A stretch of 60,823 nucleotides of DNA from the NCBI GenBank assembly GCA_019508115.1, contig JAEKMC010000069.1, positions 1 through 60,823 of the forward strand. Direction: 5' to 3'. Both the position numbers and the translations under genes were made by a program. The DNA is from Sphingomonas sp. GTDB taxonomy: Bacteria > Pseudomonadota > Alphaproteobacteria > Sphingomonadales > Sphingomonadaceae. Positions 21,120-30,720 of the stretch are shown here, one piece after another. How positions within the stretch are numbered: position 1 is the first letter of the stretch; every line of letters begins with the position of its first letter. The notes beneath the pieces are model-generated. The model was not told the origin of the DNA. It did not search any database and saw only the letters and a program-made list of their open reading frames with translations.

Positions 21120-21367
21120 GGAGGCGGGGCTGATGGTGGCTTTTCGCGGCGCTGTCAAACCCTGAACTGTGTGTCCGCTATCGGACATCCGGCTGGACCC
21201 ATCTGTCCGCTTCCGGACAGGAAATATGTGGCGGCCCTGTCGCCGTCCACAACATACCGACTGGCATGGATCATGCTCCTCTTGGCCTCGGGCATAGCCT
21301 TCGATAAGGCGTTGCCATCCGGCGCGGTGTCTTGTATCACTAAGACACCTGAAGAGGGCAACGCACA

Positions 21368-22003
21368 GTGACCGAGCAGAATTACGAACAGATGCGGCGC
21401 GCGATGGTGGACAGCCAATTGCGCACCACCGCGGTCAACGATCCGCGCGTGGTCGCGGCGATGGGGAAGGTCGCGCGCGAACGCTTCGTGCCCGCCGACA
21501 AGGCCGCGCTCGCCTATCTCGACAAGACTTTGCCGGTCGCGCCGGGGCGCGGCATGGCCTCGCCGATGGTGATCGGCCGGTTGCTGACCGAGGCGCGCGT
21601 CAAGGAAGGCGAGCGCGCGCTCGTCGTCGGTGCGGGGAGCGGCTATTCGGCCGCGGTGCTGGCCGAGCTTGGCGCGAGCGTGATCGCGCTCGAGGAGGAT
21701 AAGGATCTGGCGGGCAAGGCCACGCCCGGCGTAACCCGCGTCGCGGGCCCGCTCGCCAAGGGTTGGGCGAAGGGCGCGCCTTACGACGTGATCCTGTTCG
21801 ACGGCGCGGCCGAGCAAATCCCCGCCGCGATCATCAGCCAACTGGCTGAAGGCGGCCGTCTCGCGGCGCCGATCCTGGAGAATGGCGTCACCCGCCTGGC
21901 GCTCGGCCGTAAGGCGGGCGGGGGCTTCGGCATGCTGAGCTTCGCCGATGCCGAGGCGCCGATCCTGCCGGGTTTCGCGGTCGCAAAGGGGTTCAGCTTC
22001 TAA
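21368..22003 (+). CDS. pcm: Protein-L-isoaspartate O-methyltransferase
   Basis: RRAMVDSQLR, RERFVP, VGAGSGYSAA and YDVILFDG. Upstream of tolC. Confidence 0.88.
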   Translation: MTEQNYEQMRRAMVDSQLRTTAVNDPRVVAAMGKVARERFVPADKAALAYLDKTLPVAPGRGMASPMVIGRLLTEARVKEGERALVVGAGSGYSAAVLAELGASVIALEEDKDLAGKATPGVTRVAGPLAKGWAKGAPYDVILFDGAAEQIPAAIISQLAEGGRLAAPILENGVTRLALGRKAGGGFGMLSFADAEAPILPGFAVAKGFSF

Positions 22004-23499
22004 TGCGCGTTCGGGGGAAGATCATCGCCGCCCTGCTTGGCGGCGCGGCGCTTGGCGCGCCGGTCGCGGCGACCACGCTGCAGGACGCTTTCGTCCAGAC
22101 CTATAATTCCAGCCCCGCGCTCAATGCGGCGCGCGCGCAGCTACGCGGTACCGACGAGGGTGTTTCGATCGCCAAGGCGGCGTCGCGGCCGCAGGTGAAC
22201 GGCACGTTCGGCCTGTCGCAAAGCACCAACGGGATCGACAATTTCTCAAACGGCGCGCGCTCACTCACCGCGCAGCTCAACCTGTCCTACCCGCTGTTCC
22301 AGGGCGGGCGTGTCAAGAATGCGATCAATGCCGCGACGTCGCGCGTTTCCGCGGGCCGCGCCGATCTGCGCACGACCGAGGGCAATATCTTCGTCCAGGT
22401 GGTGAGCGCCTATATGGACGTGATCCGCGACGCGTCGATCGTCGATCTCAACCGCAAGAATGTCGACGTGCTCAACACCAACCTGAAGGCGAGCCGCGAT
22501 CGCTTCCAGGTCGGCGACCTGACACGCACGGACGTGGCGCAATCGGAGGCGCGGCTCAGCCTGGCGCGTAGCCAGCTGATCGCCGCGCAAGGCAACCTGA
22601 CCGCGAGCCGCGAAAATTATCGCCGCGTGGTGGGCAGCTGGCCCGAAAATCTGGCGCCGCCGCCCGCTCTGCCCAAGCTGCCGGACGATCCCGACCGGGC
22701 AGTCACGACCGCGCTCGATAACAGTCCGGCGATCCAGGCCGCTGCCGCCGACACCAAGGCTGCGGGCTATGACGTGAGTGCCGCCCGCAGCCAGCGGCTG
22801 CCCACGGTCTCCGCGATCGCGGGGCCCAATTACAATAATTATCTCGGCACCGCGAACCGCCTGGGCGGCGTGTCCAAGGACACTCCGGGCCTCCGGGAGG
22901 TTCACACCGCGAACACGTTCGGGCTGCAGATGACGCTGCCTTTGTACCAGGGCGGCCTTGCCGGTGCACGTGTGCGCCAGGCGCAGGCGGCGCAGAATGT
23001 CGCGGTCGAATCGGGTATCGATACCGAACGTCAGGTGATCGCCACCACGCGCGCCGCCTTCGCCTCCTACGAAGCGGCAATGGCGGGCATCACCGCCAAC
23101 CAGGAAGCGGTGAAGGCCAACGAACTCGCGCTGGAAGGCGTGCGCGCGGAGAATCGCGTCGGCACGCGCACCGTGCTCGACGTGCTCAATGCCGAGCAGG
23201 AATTGTTGAACTCGCAGGTCCAGCTCGTCTCGGCGCAGCATGACGAATATGTCGCGGGCTTCGCGCTGCTGAACGCGATGGGCATGGCAGAGGCGCGCAA
23301 TCTTGGCCTCGATGGCGGATCGCTCTATGATCCGACTACGAATTACAAGCGCGTGAAGGGCTGGATCGGCGACTGGAGCGAACAGCCCGGTTACACCGCC
23401 AAGGGCACACACACGACCGGCCCGACCCCGACCGATCCCGATGTCGTGCCTTATAATCCCGACCGTGGCGACGGGGCCGTGACACCGCCGCAGCAATAA
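22003..23499 (+). CDS. tolC: TolC family outer membrane protein
   Basis: Signal peptide and two OEP repeats (GDLTRTDVAQSEAR; VGTRTVLDVLNAEQE). Confidence 0.92.
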   Translation: MRVRGKIIAALLGGAALGAPVAATTLQDAFVQTYNSSPALNAARAQLRGTDEGVSIAKAASRPQVNGTFGLSQSTNGIDNFSNGARSLTAQLNLSYPLFQGGRVKNAINAATSRVSAGRADLRTTEGNIFVQVVSAYMDVIRDASIVDLNRKNVDVLNTNLKASRDRFQVGDLTRTDVAQSEARLSLARSQLIAAQGNLTASRENYRRVVGSWPENLAPPPALPKLPDDPDRAVTTALDNSPAIQAAAADTKAAGYDVSAARSQRLPTVSAIAGPNYNNYLGTANRLGGVSKDTPGLREVHTANTFGLQMTLPLYQGGLAGARVRQAQAAQNVAVESGIDTERQVIATTRAAFASYEAAMAGITANQEAVKANELALEGVRAENRVGTRTVLDVLNAEQELLNSQVQLVSAQHDEYVAGFALLNAMGMAEARNLGLDGGSLYDPTTNYKRVKGWIGDWSEQPGYTAKGTHTTGPTPTDPDVVPYNPDRGDGAVTPPQQ

Positions 23500-23517
23500 G
23501 CGATAGTCGCGGGCGAA

Positions 23518-23907
23518 ATGGCGGAAGACGTGCCCGAACAACCGATCGAAGACGTGCTGGCGTCGATCAAGCGCATCATCAGCGCGGATGTCGAGGCCGC
23601 GCGCCGTTTCCCCAGGCCCGGCATCGTCGCGGCCGAGGATGAGGATGTGCTTGAACTCGGCGAGGCATCCGAGACCGCGCCCGTGTCGAGCAAGGGCCTG
23701 GTCTCCGGCAAGGCCGCCAAGGCCAGCAAGGCCGCGCTCGCCGCGCTCGACAGCGTCAAGATCGATCCCAGCGCCGGCGCGAACACGATGGACGGGCTGG
23801 TGCGCGAGATGCTCAAGCCGATGCTCAAGGAATGGCTCGACGCCAACCTGCCCGAGTTGGTCGAGCGCGTGGTCGCGCGCGAAGTCGCGCGCATCATCGG
23901 ACGGTGA
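23518..23907 (+). CDS. popZ: PopZ-like polar organizing protein (DUF2497)
   Basis: N-terminal IEDVLASIKRIIS, C-terminal VREMLKPMLKEWLDANLPELVERVV, and pcm-tolC-popZ synteny. Confidence 0.85.
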   Translation: MAEDVPEQPIEDVLASIKRIISADVEAARRFPRPGIVAAEDEDVLELGEASETAPVSSKGLVSGKAAKASKAALAALDSVKIDPSAGANTMDGLVREMLKPMLKEWLDANLPELVERVVAREVARIIGR

Positions 23908-23993
23908 GGCGAGGACCTATCCTCCGATCCGGTTATTAAAACCGCTTGAACCCCGATAGGCTTCCCTGCAAGTTCGGCGCGGGGGGAAAAGCC

Positions 23994-25775
23994 TTGAACT
24001 CTAGATACTTCGCCATCCTTTGCTCCGCTATGACGATGCAAGGAGCGGCCATTGCTGCGGACCGGCCATGCGAGGTCGGCATGATAGTGCCGCTGCCCGT
24101 CACCATGTCGGGTCTCCGGCCGCTCGTTCATGCGAAGATCAACGGGCACGAGGCGGTGTTCGTGGCCGACAGCGGCGCATGGTTCAGCATGATATCGCCC
24201 GGTAGCGCCGCCGAATATGAGCTGGCGCTCGAACCCGTTCCCATCGGCTTCAGGCTGCAGGGCGTGGGCGGCGCGGTCGTGCCGCGCCTGACCACGGTGA
24301 AGACCTTCACCATCGCGGGTGTTCCGCTTCCGAAAGTCCAGTTCCTCGTCGGCGGCAGCGAATTCGGCTCGGTCGGGCTGCTGGGGCAGAATTTCCTCGG
24401 GCTGGAGGACGCCGAATTCGATCTGGCGCATGGCATGATCCGGCTGATGCGCGAGCACGGATGCACATCCAAGGCCAATCTGGCCTATTGGGCTCCGGCC
24501 GGCGGGATCTATTCCGAGCTGTCCACGGAAGGGCAGGCCGCCAAGCCCGGCCACATCTTCGCGTCGGTCTATGTCAATGGCGTCAAGCTGCGTGCCATGT
24601 TCGACACGGGCGCCTCCACCTCGTTCATCTCCCGCGCGGCGGCGGGACGCTTCGGCCTGAAGCCCGACGCGCCTGGCGTGACGCCCGCCGGCGGATCGAG
24701 CGGGATCGGGCGGCACTTCGTGCAGACCTGGATCGGGCCGATCCAGAGCGTGAAGATCGGCGACGAGGAGGTGCGCAACACGCGCATCCGCTTCGGCGGC
24801 GACCTGCAGGACATCGATATGCTGATCGGCGCGGATTTTTTCCTCTCGCATCACGTGTACTGGGCACAAAAGCTCGACAAGCTGTTCTTCACGTTCAACG
24901 GCGGTCGCGTTTTCGATCTGCGCGATCTTGACGATGGTCAGACGGACGCGTCGTCGGATGCCGGGCATGCTCCCGTCGCGGCGGGAGCGGACGCCGAGGC
25001 GGTACCGACCGACGCGGATGGCTTCAGCCGGCGCGGCGGCGCGCGAGCCTCGCGCGGCGAATTGAAGGAGGCGCTCGCCGATTTCGACCAGGCGATCAAG
25101 CTCGCACCCGACACGATCGATTATCTGCGCCAGCGCGCGCAGCTTCACGCGCAAATGCGACAGCCGTTGCGCGCAGTGGAAGATCTGGAGCGCATCCTCA
25201 AGATCAAGCCCGACGATGTGGACGCGCATCTGATGCGCGCCGCAATGCGCCAGCGGCTGGATCATGACGCAGACGTCGGTTCCGATCTGGATGCGGCTGC
25301 CGCGGCGGCGGCGCCGAGTTCCGATCGCCGTTTCGCCATTGCCGCCGCTTATCAGGAAGCCGGCAATTATCCGCGCGCCATCGCCCAATTTGATCTGTGG
25401 ATCGCCGCGCATCGCGACGATGTGCGCAGGCCGATCGCACTCAACGGCCGCTGCTGGGCGCGCGCCTTGAGCGGGACCGGGCTCGATCTCGCGCTCAAGG
25501 ATTGCAACGCCGCACTCTCGGCGATGCCGCGCAACCCCTCCTTCCTCGACAGCCGTGGCCTGGTGCGGTTGCGGTCGGGGCAATATGCGCAGGCGATTGC
25601 CGATTACGACCAGGCGCTCGCCGCCAACGGCAAGATCGCATGGTCGCTTTATGGCCGCGGGATCGCCAAGCTGCGGCTCGGCCAGAAGGAAGCGGGCGAG
25701 GCCGATCTGGCAAAAGCGAAGGCGCTGGAGCTGGATCTGCCGGACCGGGCGAAGAAGCTGGGGGTGGCGCCTTAG
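23994..25775 (+). CDS. Exported aspartyl protease (two retropepsin-like domains) with TPR repeats
   Basis: ADSGA and FDTGA motifs, LLGQNFL and LIGADFF, C-terminal TPRs. Start uncertain. Confidence 0.85.
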   Translation: MNSRYFAILCSAMTMQGAAIAADRPCEVGMIVPLPVTMSGLRPLVHAKINGHEAVFVADSGAWFSMISPGSAAEYELALEPVPIGFRLQGVGGAVVPRLTTVKTFTIAGVPLPKVQFLVGGSEFGSVGLLGQNFLGLEDAEFDLAHGMIRLMREHGCTSKANLAYWAPAGGIYSELSTEGQAAKPGHIFASVYVNGVKLRAMFDTGASTSFISRAAAGRFGLKPDAPGVTPAGGSSGIGRHFVQTWIGPIQSVKIGDEEVRNTRIRFGGDLQDIDMLIGADFFLSHHVYWAQKLDKLFFTFNGGRVFDLRDLDDGQTDASSDAGHAPVAAGADAEAVPTDADGFSRRGGARASRGELKEALADFDQAIKLAPDTIDYLRQRAQLHAQMRQPLRAVEDLERILKIKPDDVDAHLMRAAMRQRLDHDADVGSDLDAAAAAAAPSSDRRFAIAAAYQEAGNYPRAIAQFDLWIAAHRDDVRRPIALNGRCWARALSGTGLDLALKDCNAALSAMPRNPSFLDSRGLVRLRSGQYAQAIADYDQALAANGKIAWSLYGRGIAKLRLGQKEAGEADLAKAKALELDLPDRAKKLGVAP

Positions 25776-25858
25776 AGGGGCGCCGCATACTCCGCACTGA
25801 CGCCTGGCCGGCACGCGAGACGCTTGCCAGCGCGTACGGTGTTGCTAGTCCTGCATCC

Positions 25859-27904
25859 ATGCAGAAGTTTCTCGCAACGGCGTTTGCCGCCACGCTTGCC
25901 ACGAGCGCGCTCGCGCGACCTTTTACCCCTCAGGATATGGTCTCCCTATCGCGCGTCGGCGCGCCGGTCGTATCGCCCGACGGGCGCTGGCTGGTGTGGG
26001 ATCAGCGCGAGACCGATCTCGCCGCCAACAAGGGCCGACACGATCTGTGGCGGCTCGATCTCAAGCCGAAGACCGGAGCGCCCGAAAAATTCGCTTCGAC
26101 CGATGCGGAAGAGAGCGATCCCGCCTTCGGACCCGACGGCAATCTCTACTTCCTGTCCAATCGCAAGGGCGACGTCAGCGCGGTCTGGCGCGTGTCGATG
26201 GCGGGCGGGGCGCCCACGCGGGTCACGGGTGATTATGACCTGTCGGGCTTCAAGATCTCGCCCAAGGGCGATGCCATCCTCGTCTGGGCGGACAAGCCGG
26301 TCGGCGCGGCCAATCTCGACGTCAAGGCACCCGAAAAGCCCAAGGATGCCGGCAGCGGCCGCACCTTTGACCAACTCTTCATCCGCCATTGGGATGTTTG
26401 GGCGGACGGGCAGCGCTCGCAATTGTTCGTGATCCCGCTCGCGGACGGCAAAGCCGGCGGGCCGGGCCATGCGATCGAAGGCGCGCTGGTAGGCGATACG
26501 CCGAGCAAGCCGTTCGGCGACGGCAGCGAGCTTGCCTGGAGCGCGGACGGCAAGACCATCTATTTCACGTTGCGCGAAGCCGGCCGGACCGAGCCGCTCT
26601 CGACCAATCTCGATATCTTCGCCGCCCCCGCCGACGGATCGGCGCCGCCGACCAATCTGACGATCGGCAATAAGGCCACGGACACGGCGCCCGCGGTCTC
26701 GCCCGACGGGCGCTGGCTGGCCTGGACCGCGATGAAGCGCGCCACCTACGAAGCCGACCGCCTGGTTTTGTGGGTACGCGATCTACGCACCGGCCAGGCT
26801 CATGCGGTCACCGAAGGCTGGGATCGCTCGGTCGGGTCGCTCAAATGGGCGCCCAATTCGGCGAGCCTCTATGTCACGGCTGAAGATACGCTCGATGTCC
26901 CCCTGTTTCGCGTCGACCTGGCCGACGGCAAGGTGCATCGCCTGACGGGGGAAGGGCATGTCGCCGCTTTCGACGTGCTGCCCAAGGGCGGGCTGGTCTA
27001 TTCGCTCGACACTTTGACCGCGCCCGACGACCTCTGGATGTGGTTGCCCAACGGCAAGGTTTCGCGCCTGACCAGCGTCAACGCGGCCAAACTGGCGGGG
27101 ATCGACCTGCCGATCGTCACGCGCTACAATTTCAAAGGCGCGAACGGCGACACCGTCTGGGGCTTCGCGATGAAGCCTGCGCAGCTCGTAGCCGGAGCGA
27201 AGGCGCCCGTTGCCTTCCTCGTTCACGGCGGGCCGCAGGGCAGTTTCAACGATAGCTGGTCCTATCGCTGGAACCCGATGGCGTGGGCCGGGCATGGCTA
27301 TGCGGTGGTCTCGGTCGATTTCCATGGGAGCACCGGCTACGGCCAGGCCTTCACCGATGCGATCCGCAACAATTGGGGCGGCTGGCCGCTGACCGACCTA
27401 AAAGATGGTCTCAAGGCTGCCGCCGAACGCTTTGATTTCCTTGATGCTGACAATGTCTGCGCCGCCGGCGGCTCCTACGGCGGCTATATGATGAACTGGA
27501 TCGAAGGCAATTGGCCCGATCGTTTCAGGTGCATCGTCCAGCATGATGGCGTATTCGACGCGCGCGCCATGGCCTATGAGACCGAAGAATTATGGTTCGA
27601 CGAATGGGAACATGGCGCCCATGCTTATTATGAGGATCCCGCCGCTTTCGAGAAATGGAACCCGGTCAACCATGTCGATAAATGGAAGACGCCGCAGCTC
27701 GTAATCACCAGCGAGAAGGATTTCCGCATCCCCTACACGCAGGGGATCGCCGCTTTCACCGCGCTTCAGCGGCGCAATGTGCCATCCAAGTTGCTCATCT
27801 TCCCCGACGAAAATCACTGGGTGCTCAAGCCCAAAAACAGCCTGCAATGGTATCGGAGCGTGTTCGGCTGGATGGACAAGTGGACGGGTAACAAGGCCGA
27901 GTGA
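25859..27904 (+). CDS. S9 family peptidase (prolyl oligopeptidase / acylaminoacyl peptidase)
   Basis: Signal peptide, beta-propeller SPDG repeats, HGGPQ, GGSYGG, DFRI and ENHW. Confidence 0.93.
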   Translation: MQKFLATAFAATLATSALARPFTPQDMVSLSRVGAPVVSPDGRWLVWDQRETDLAANKGRHDLWRLDLKPKTGAPEKFASTDAEESDPAFGPDGNLYFLSNRKGDVSAVWRVSMAGGAPTRVTGDYDLSGFKISPKGDAILVWADKPVGAANLDVKAPEKPKDAGSGRTFDQLFIRHWDVWADGQRSQLFVIPLADGKAGGPGHAIEGALVGDTPSKPFGDGSELAWSADGKTIYFTLREAGRTEPLSTNLDIFAAPADGSAPPTNLTIGNKATDTAPAVSPDGRWLAWTAMKRATYEADRLVLWVRDLRTGQAHAVTEGWDRSVGSLKWAPNSASLYVTAEDTLDVPLFRVDLADGKVHRLTGEGHVAAFDVLPKGGLVYSLDTLTAPDDLWMWLPNGKVSRLTSVNAAKLAGIDLPIVTRYNFKGANGDTVWGFAMKPAQLVAGAKAPVAFLVHGGPQGSFNDSWSYRWNPMAWAGHGYAVVSVDFHGSTGYGQAFTDAIRNNWGGWPLTDLKDGLKAAAERFDFLDADNVCAAGGSYGGYMMNWIEGNWPDRFRCIVQHDGVFDARAMAYETEELWFDEWEHGAHAYYEDPAAFEKWNPVNHVDKWKTPQLVITSEKDFRIPYTQGIAAFTALQRRNVPSKLLIFPDENHWVLKPKNSLQWYRSVFGWMDKWTGNKAE

Positions 27905-28656
27905 CGCACCCGCTCGACCGCCCCATCTGGAGCGCGCTCACTACCCGCCAGGCCGATATCGCCGAACGGGTTGCCGACGCCGTGCGTCTCAAGCCCGAAT
28001 ATGGCGTGTTCGCCGCCGCGGCCGATGCGACCGAGCGCAGCCGGATCGCGCTCAATTATCTGGATATCGGACCCGATGGGCTGTGGTGCGTTGAGCGCGA
28101 TCCGGTCGAGCCGCCGCCCGGCATGCTGGTCGTGCACCATAGCGCGCCCTGCGTGCAGATGGTGGCGGACCATGTGATCGCGCCCAAGCCTGACTTCGAA
28201 GTGCTACGCCTGGGCGAGGAGGATGCACCCGCCATGCTCGCGCTGGCGCGCATGACCGAACCCGGCCCTTTCTTCGCGCACACCAACCGTATGGGCAATT
28301 TCATCGGCGTCAAAGCCAAGAGCCTGCTCATCGCCATGGCGGGCGAAAGACTGCGCCCCGAGGGTTTTACCGAGGTAAGCGGCGTCTGCACGCATCCCGA
28401 TTTCCGCGGGCGCGGCTTTGCCGGCGGGCTGATGCGGATCGTCGCGGCACGAATCCTCGCGCGGGGCGAGGTGCCGTTCCTTCACTCCTACGCCGAAAAT
28501 ACGCGCGCGATCGCTTTGTACGAGACTTTGGGCTTCAAATTGCGATCGACGATGACGCTGACCGTGCTGACCAAGCCCGACCTCGGCGCGTCAATCACCG
28601 GCCACGGCGCGATAGGGCATGGCGCCGTGGGTCATGGCGTGATCGGGCACGGCTGA
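27901..28656 (+). CDS. GNAT (FR47-like) acetyltransferase
   Basis: LDRPIWSAL, AMAGER, VSGVCTHPDFRGRGFA and NTRAIALYETLGF. Has a GHG-repeat tail. Confidence 0.9.
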   Translation: MTHPLDRPIWSALTTRQADIAERVADAVRLKPEYGVFAAAADATERSRIALNYLDIGPDGLWCVERDPVEPPPGMLVVHHSAPCVQMVADHVIAPKPDFEVLRLGEEDAPAMLALARMTEPGPFFAHTNRMGNFIGVKAKSLLIAMAGERLRPEGFTEVSGVCTHPDFRGRGFAGGLMRIVAARILARGEVPFLHSYAENTRAIALYETLGFKLRSTMTLTVLTKPDLGASITGHGAIGHGAVGHGVIGHG

Positions 28657-28669
28657 GCGAGCGGTCGGT

Positions 28670-29563
28670 TCAGCTCGTCTCGTAGATCTGCAGGGGAACC
28701 GTGGTCACCGCGCTCAGCACGATCTGGGTCGCCCCGATCTGCGACGAAAGACCAGGGGTCTGGACCAGCACCGCCTCGGTGATCGTATTGAAGGGCTGAT
28801 TGTAGAAGACGAGCTGCGATAGCGCCGCCTCGAGCGGCGACATGCTCGGATTATAGGCCGCATTCTCGGCATATCGGCCGGTGCAGGTGACGCCCGCGCT
28901 GGTGGTGAGCGCCACCCCCGCATAGCTCTTGGTATAAGGGCTGTAGCAGGCATTGGCCGCGCTCAGCGCCGCCTGACCGGTCGCGTCCAGCGGTTGGCTG
29001 ACCGACACGCCGTTGGCTTGGGGCGCCATCAGCCCACCCTGAACGCCCAGGTCGTGCGGGCCGAACGCATCCGGCAGGAAAGACGTGAGCAATTGCGGTT
29101 GCTGATTGGGCAGCGCGATCTCCAGCGTGCTCGCGTCCACCAGTTCGTACAGGAATTGCCGGCAATAGCCGCACGGAGCCGCCGAGATGGCGAGCGTCGA
29201 CAGGCCCTGCTCACCATTCAGCCAGGCGTTGGCGACGCACGCCTGCTCGGCATGGACGGTGAAGCTGAGCGCGATATCGGCCACCTCCAGATTGGCGCCA
29301 TAATAAAGCGCGCCGCTCAGGCCGATGCCGACCGCGCCCACCTGGTAATTGGAGACGGGAACCACCGCGTAATTCTGCGCCAACGGCACCAGCATCACGG
29401 CGAGCTGCTCAAGCGTGACACCATATTGCTGTGCAAGTTGCGCGGCATCGCTGGGGCTTATCACGCCATGAAAAGTCGAAACGGATGTAATTTCCCGAAT
29501 AGATGCCAAAACGGCTGAATTACCTTCATTTCCTGCCAATATGGTAGCAAAATCATCGGACAT
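28670..29563 (-). CDS. cdd: Cytidine deaminase, long homodimeric (E. coli) type
   Basis: GANLE, HAEQ, APCGYCRQF, LPDAFGP, YSPY and GRYAENAAYNPS. Confidence 0.9.
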   Translation of the reverse strand: MSDDFATILAGNEGNSAVLASIREITSVSTFHGVISPSDAAQLAQQYGVTLEQLAVMLVPLAQNYAVVPVSNYQVGAVGIGLSGALYYGANLEVADIALSFTVHAEQACVANAWLNGEQGLSTLAISAAPCGYCRQFLYELVDASTLEIALPNQQPQLLTSFLPDAFGPHDLGVQGGLMAPQANGVSVSQPLDATGQAALSAANACYSPYTKSYAGVALTTSAGVTCTGRYAENAAYNPSMSPLEAALSQLVFYNQPFNTITEAVLVQTPGLSSQIGATQIVLSAVTTVPLQIYETS

Positions 29564-29686
29564 CTCGACTCTCCCATGTTATAGGACCTTCGCCTTATAT
29601 TGGCGATATCAATCGTAATCAAACGCCAGTGTAGCCAAATTGGAGTACAATTTGAATTATCTTTAATATTATTAGGGGATGTGACA

Positions 29687-29968
29687 ATGGATCGCACGAC
29701 GAACGTCCTATTGGGGACCATCATCGGCCTGTTGGTATTGGGTGCAACCTTCTGGTTTGGCCGCGACAGCGGCTTCAAGGAGGCCTCCGCCTCTTCGTCC
29801 GCATCGGTCGCCTCCTCCATGGCTTCGTCGGGATCGAGCGGTTCGTCCGCTTCCAGCCCCTCAGCCTCCGGCGCCTCGGCTTCCAGCCCATCGGCTTCCA
29901 GCCCCTCCATGCCGCCTGCGGCTGCGCCTGCCGCTGCTGCTCCGGCTGCACCCGCCAAGACCAAGTGA
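29687..29968 (+). CDS. Small membrane-anchored Ser/Ala/Pro-rich protein
   Basis: AGGGGA RBS, N-terminal hydrophobic helix, then SASSP repeats. First gene of the island operon. Confidence 0.7.
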   Translation: MDRTTNVLLGTIIGLLVLGATFWFGRDSGFKEASASSSASVASSMASSGSSGSSASSPSASGASASSPSASSPSMPPAAAPAAAAPAAPAKTK

Positions 29969-29994
29969 ACAGGCCGTAGCGAAGGAGAGGGGGC

Positions 29995-30720
29995 ATGGCG
30001 GCATTACGCGCCAGGCTGGTCAACCCGATAGTCTGGCGCGTGCCAGGGCATGCGGCGCGGAAGCTGTTCAGCTTCTCGCTGGCCGAACATGGCAGCATGC
30101 TCGATCTGGCATCCGCCGCGCATCTGGCGCCGGATCCGGAACGCCGTGCCCTCTACCTTCGGCACATGTTGGACGAGCAGCGCCATGCGCGCATGTTCGC
30201 GATGCGCTCGGCCGATCTGCGGCTGCGCGATGGGCGCCAGTCGCTGGGTTTTCCCGTCGCCGATAATGAGGATTTGTTCGAGCGGCTGGGCGAGTTGCGC
30301 TTCCTCGCCTTCGTCCATCGCGGCGAAAAGCGCGGACGCCAGCAGTTCGAGGCCTATCGCGACTGGTTCCAGGGCCGGGGCGACCGGAAAAGCGCCTCGC
30401 TGTTCACCGCAATCATCCGCGATGAGACGCGTCACGAGCAATATACTTACGATCTTCTGGTCGAGCTGGCGGGTAGCCTGGGCCGTGCGCGGGCCGAGAT
30501 CCGTGCCGCCTCCTTGTGGGAGAAATGGCGGATCTGGCGCCGGCTCGGCCGCGTGATCGCCGAGCAGGCTTATTTCCTGGCAATGTCCGTGATCTATCTG
30601 ATTAGCGGACCCTTCTTCCGGCTGGCGGTACGGCCCCGTGCCGCTGGCTGGATCAACCATGGTGCCGCGCCCGGTGCGGCGCATATGCCGCCCCCCTCGC
30701 GCGAATGGTCCGCCGCATGA
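29995..30720 (+). CDS. Ferritin-like diiron-carboxylate protein with a C-terminal SxtJ-like membrane segment
   Basis: E...DEQRH...E...DETRH ligand pattern and tail WRIWRRLGRVI...YLISGPFFR. Strong RBS. Confidence 0.75.
   Translation: MAALRARLVNPIVWRVPGHAARKLFSFSLAEHGSMLDLASAAHLAPDPERRALYLRHMLDEQRHARMFAMRSADLRLRDGRQSLGFPVADNEDLFERLGELRFLAFVHRGEKRGRQQFEAYRDWFQGRGDRKSASLFTAIIRDETRHEQYTYDLLVELAGSLGRARAEIRAASLWEKWRIWRRLGRVIAEQAYFLAMSVIYLISGPFFRLAVRPRAAGWINHGAAPGAAHMPPPSREWSAA

Noticed and set aside
23451-25814. Long antisense ORFs (787 aa here, also 30594-32378, 22261-23541, 50430-51722 and others)
   Set aside because: These are shadows of real genes caused by high-GC codon bias and have no recognisable motifs.
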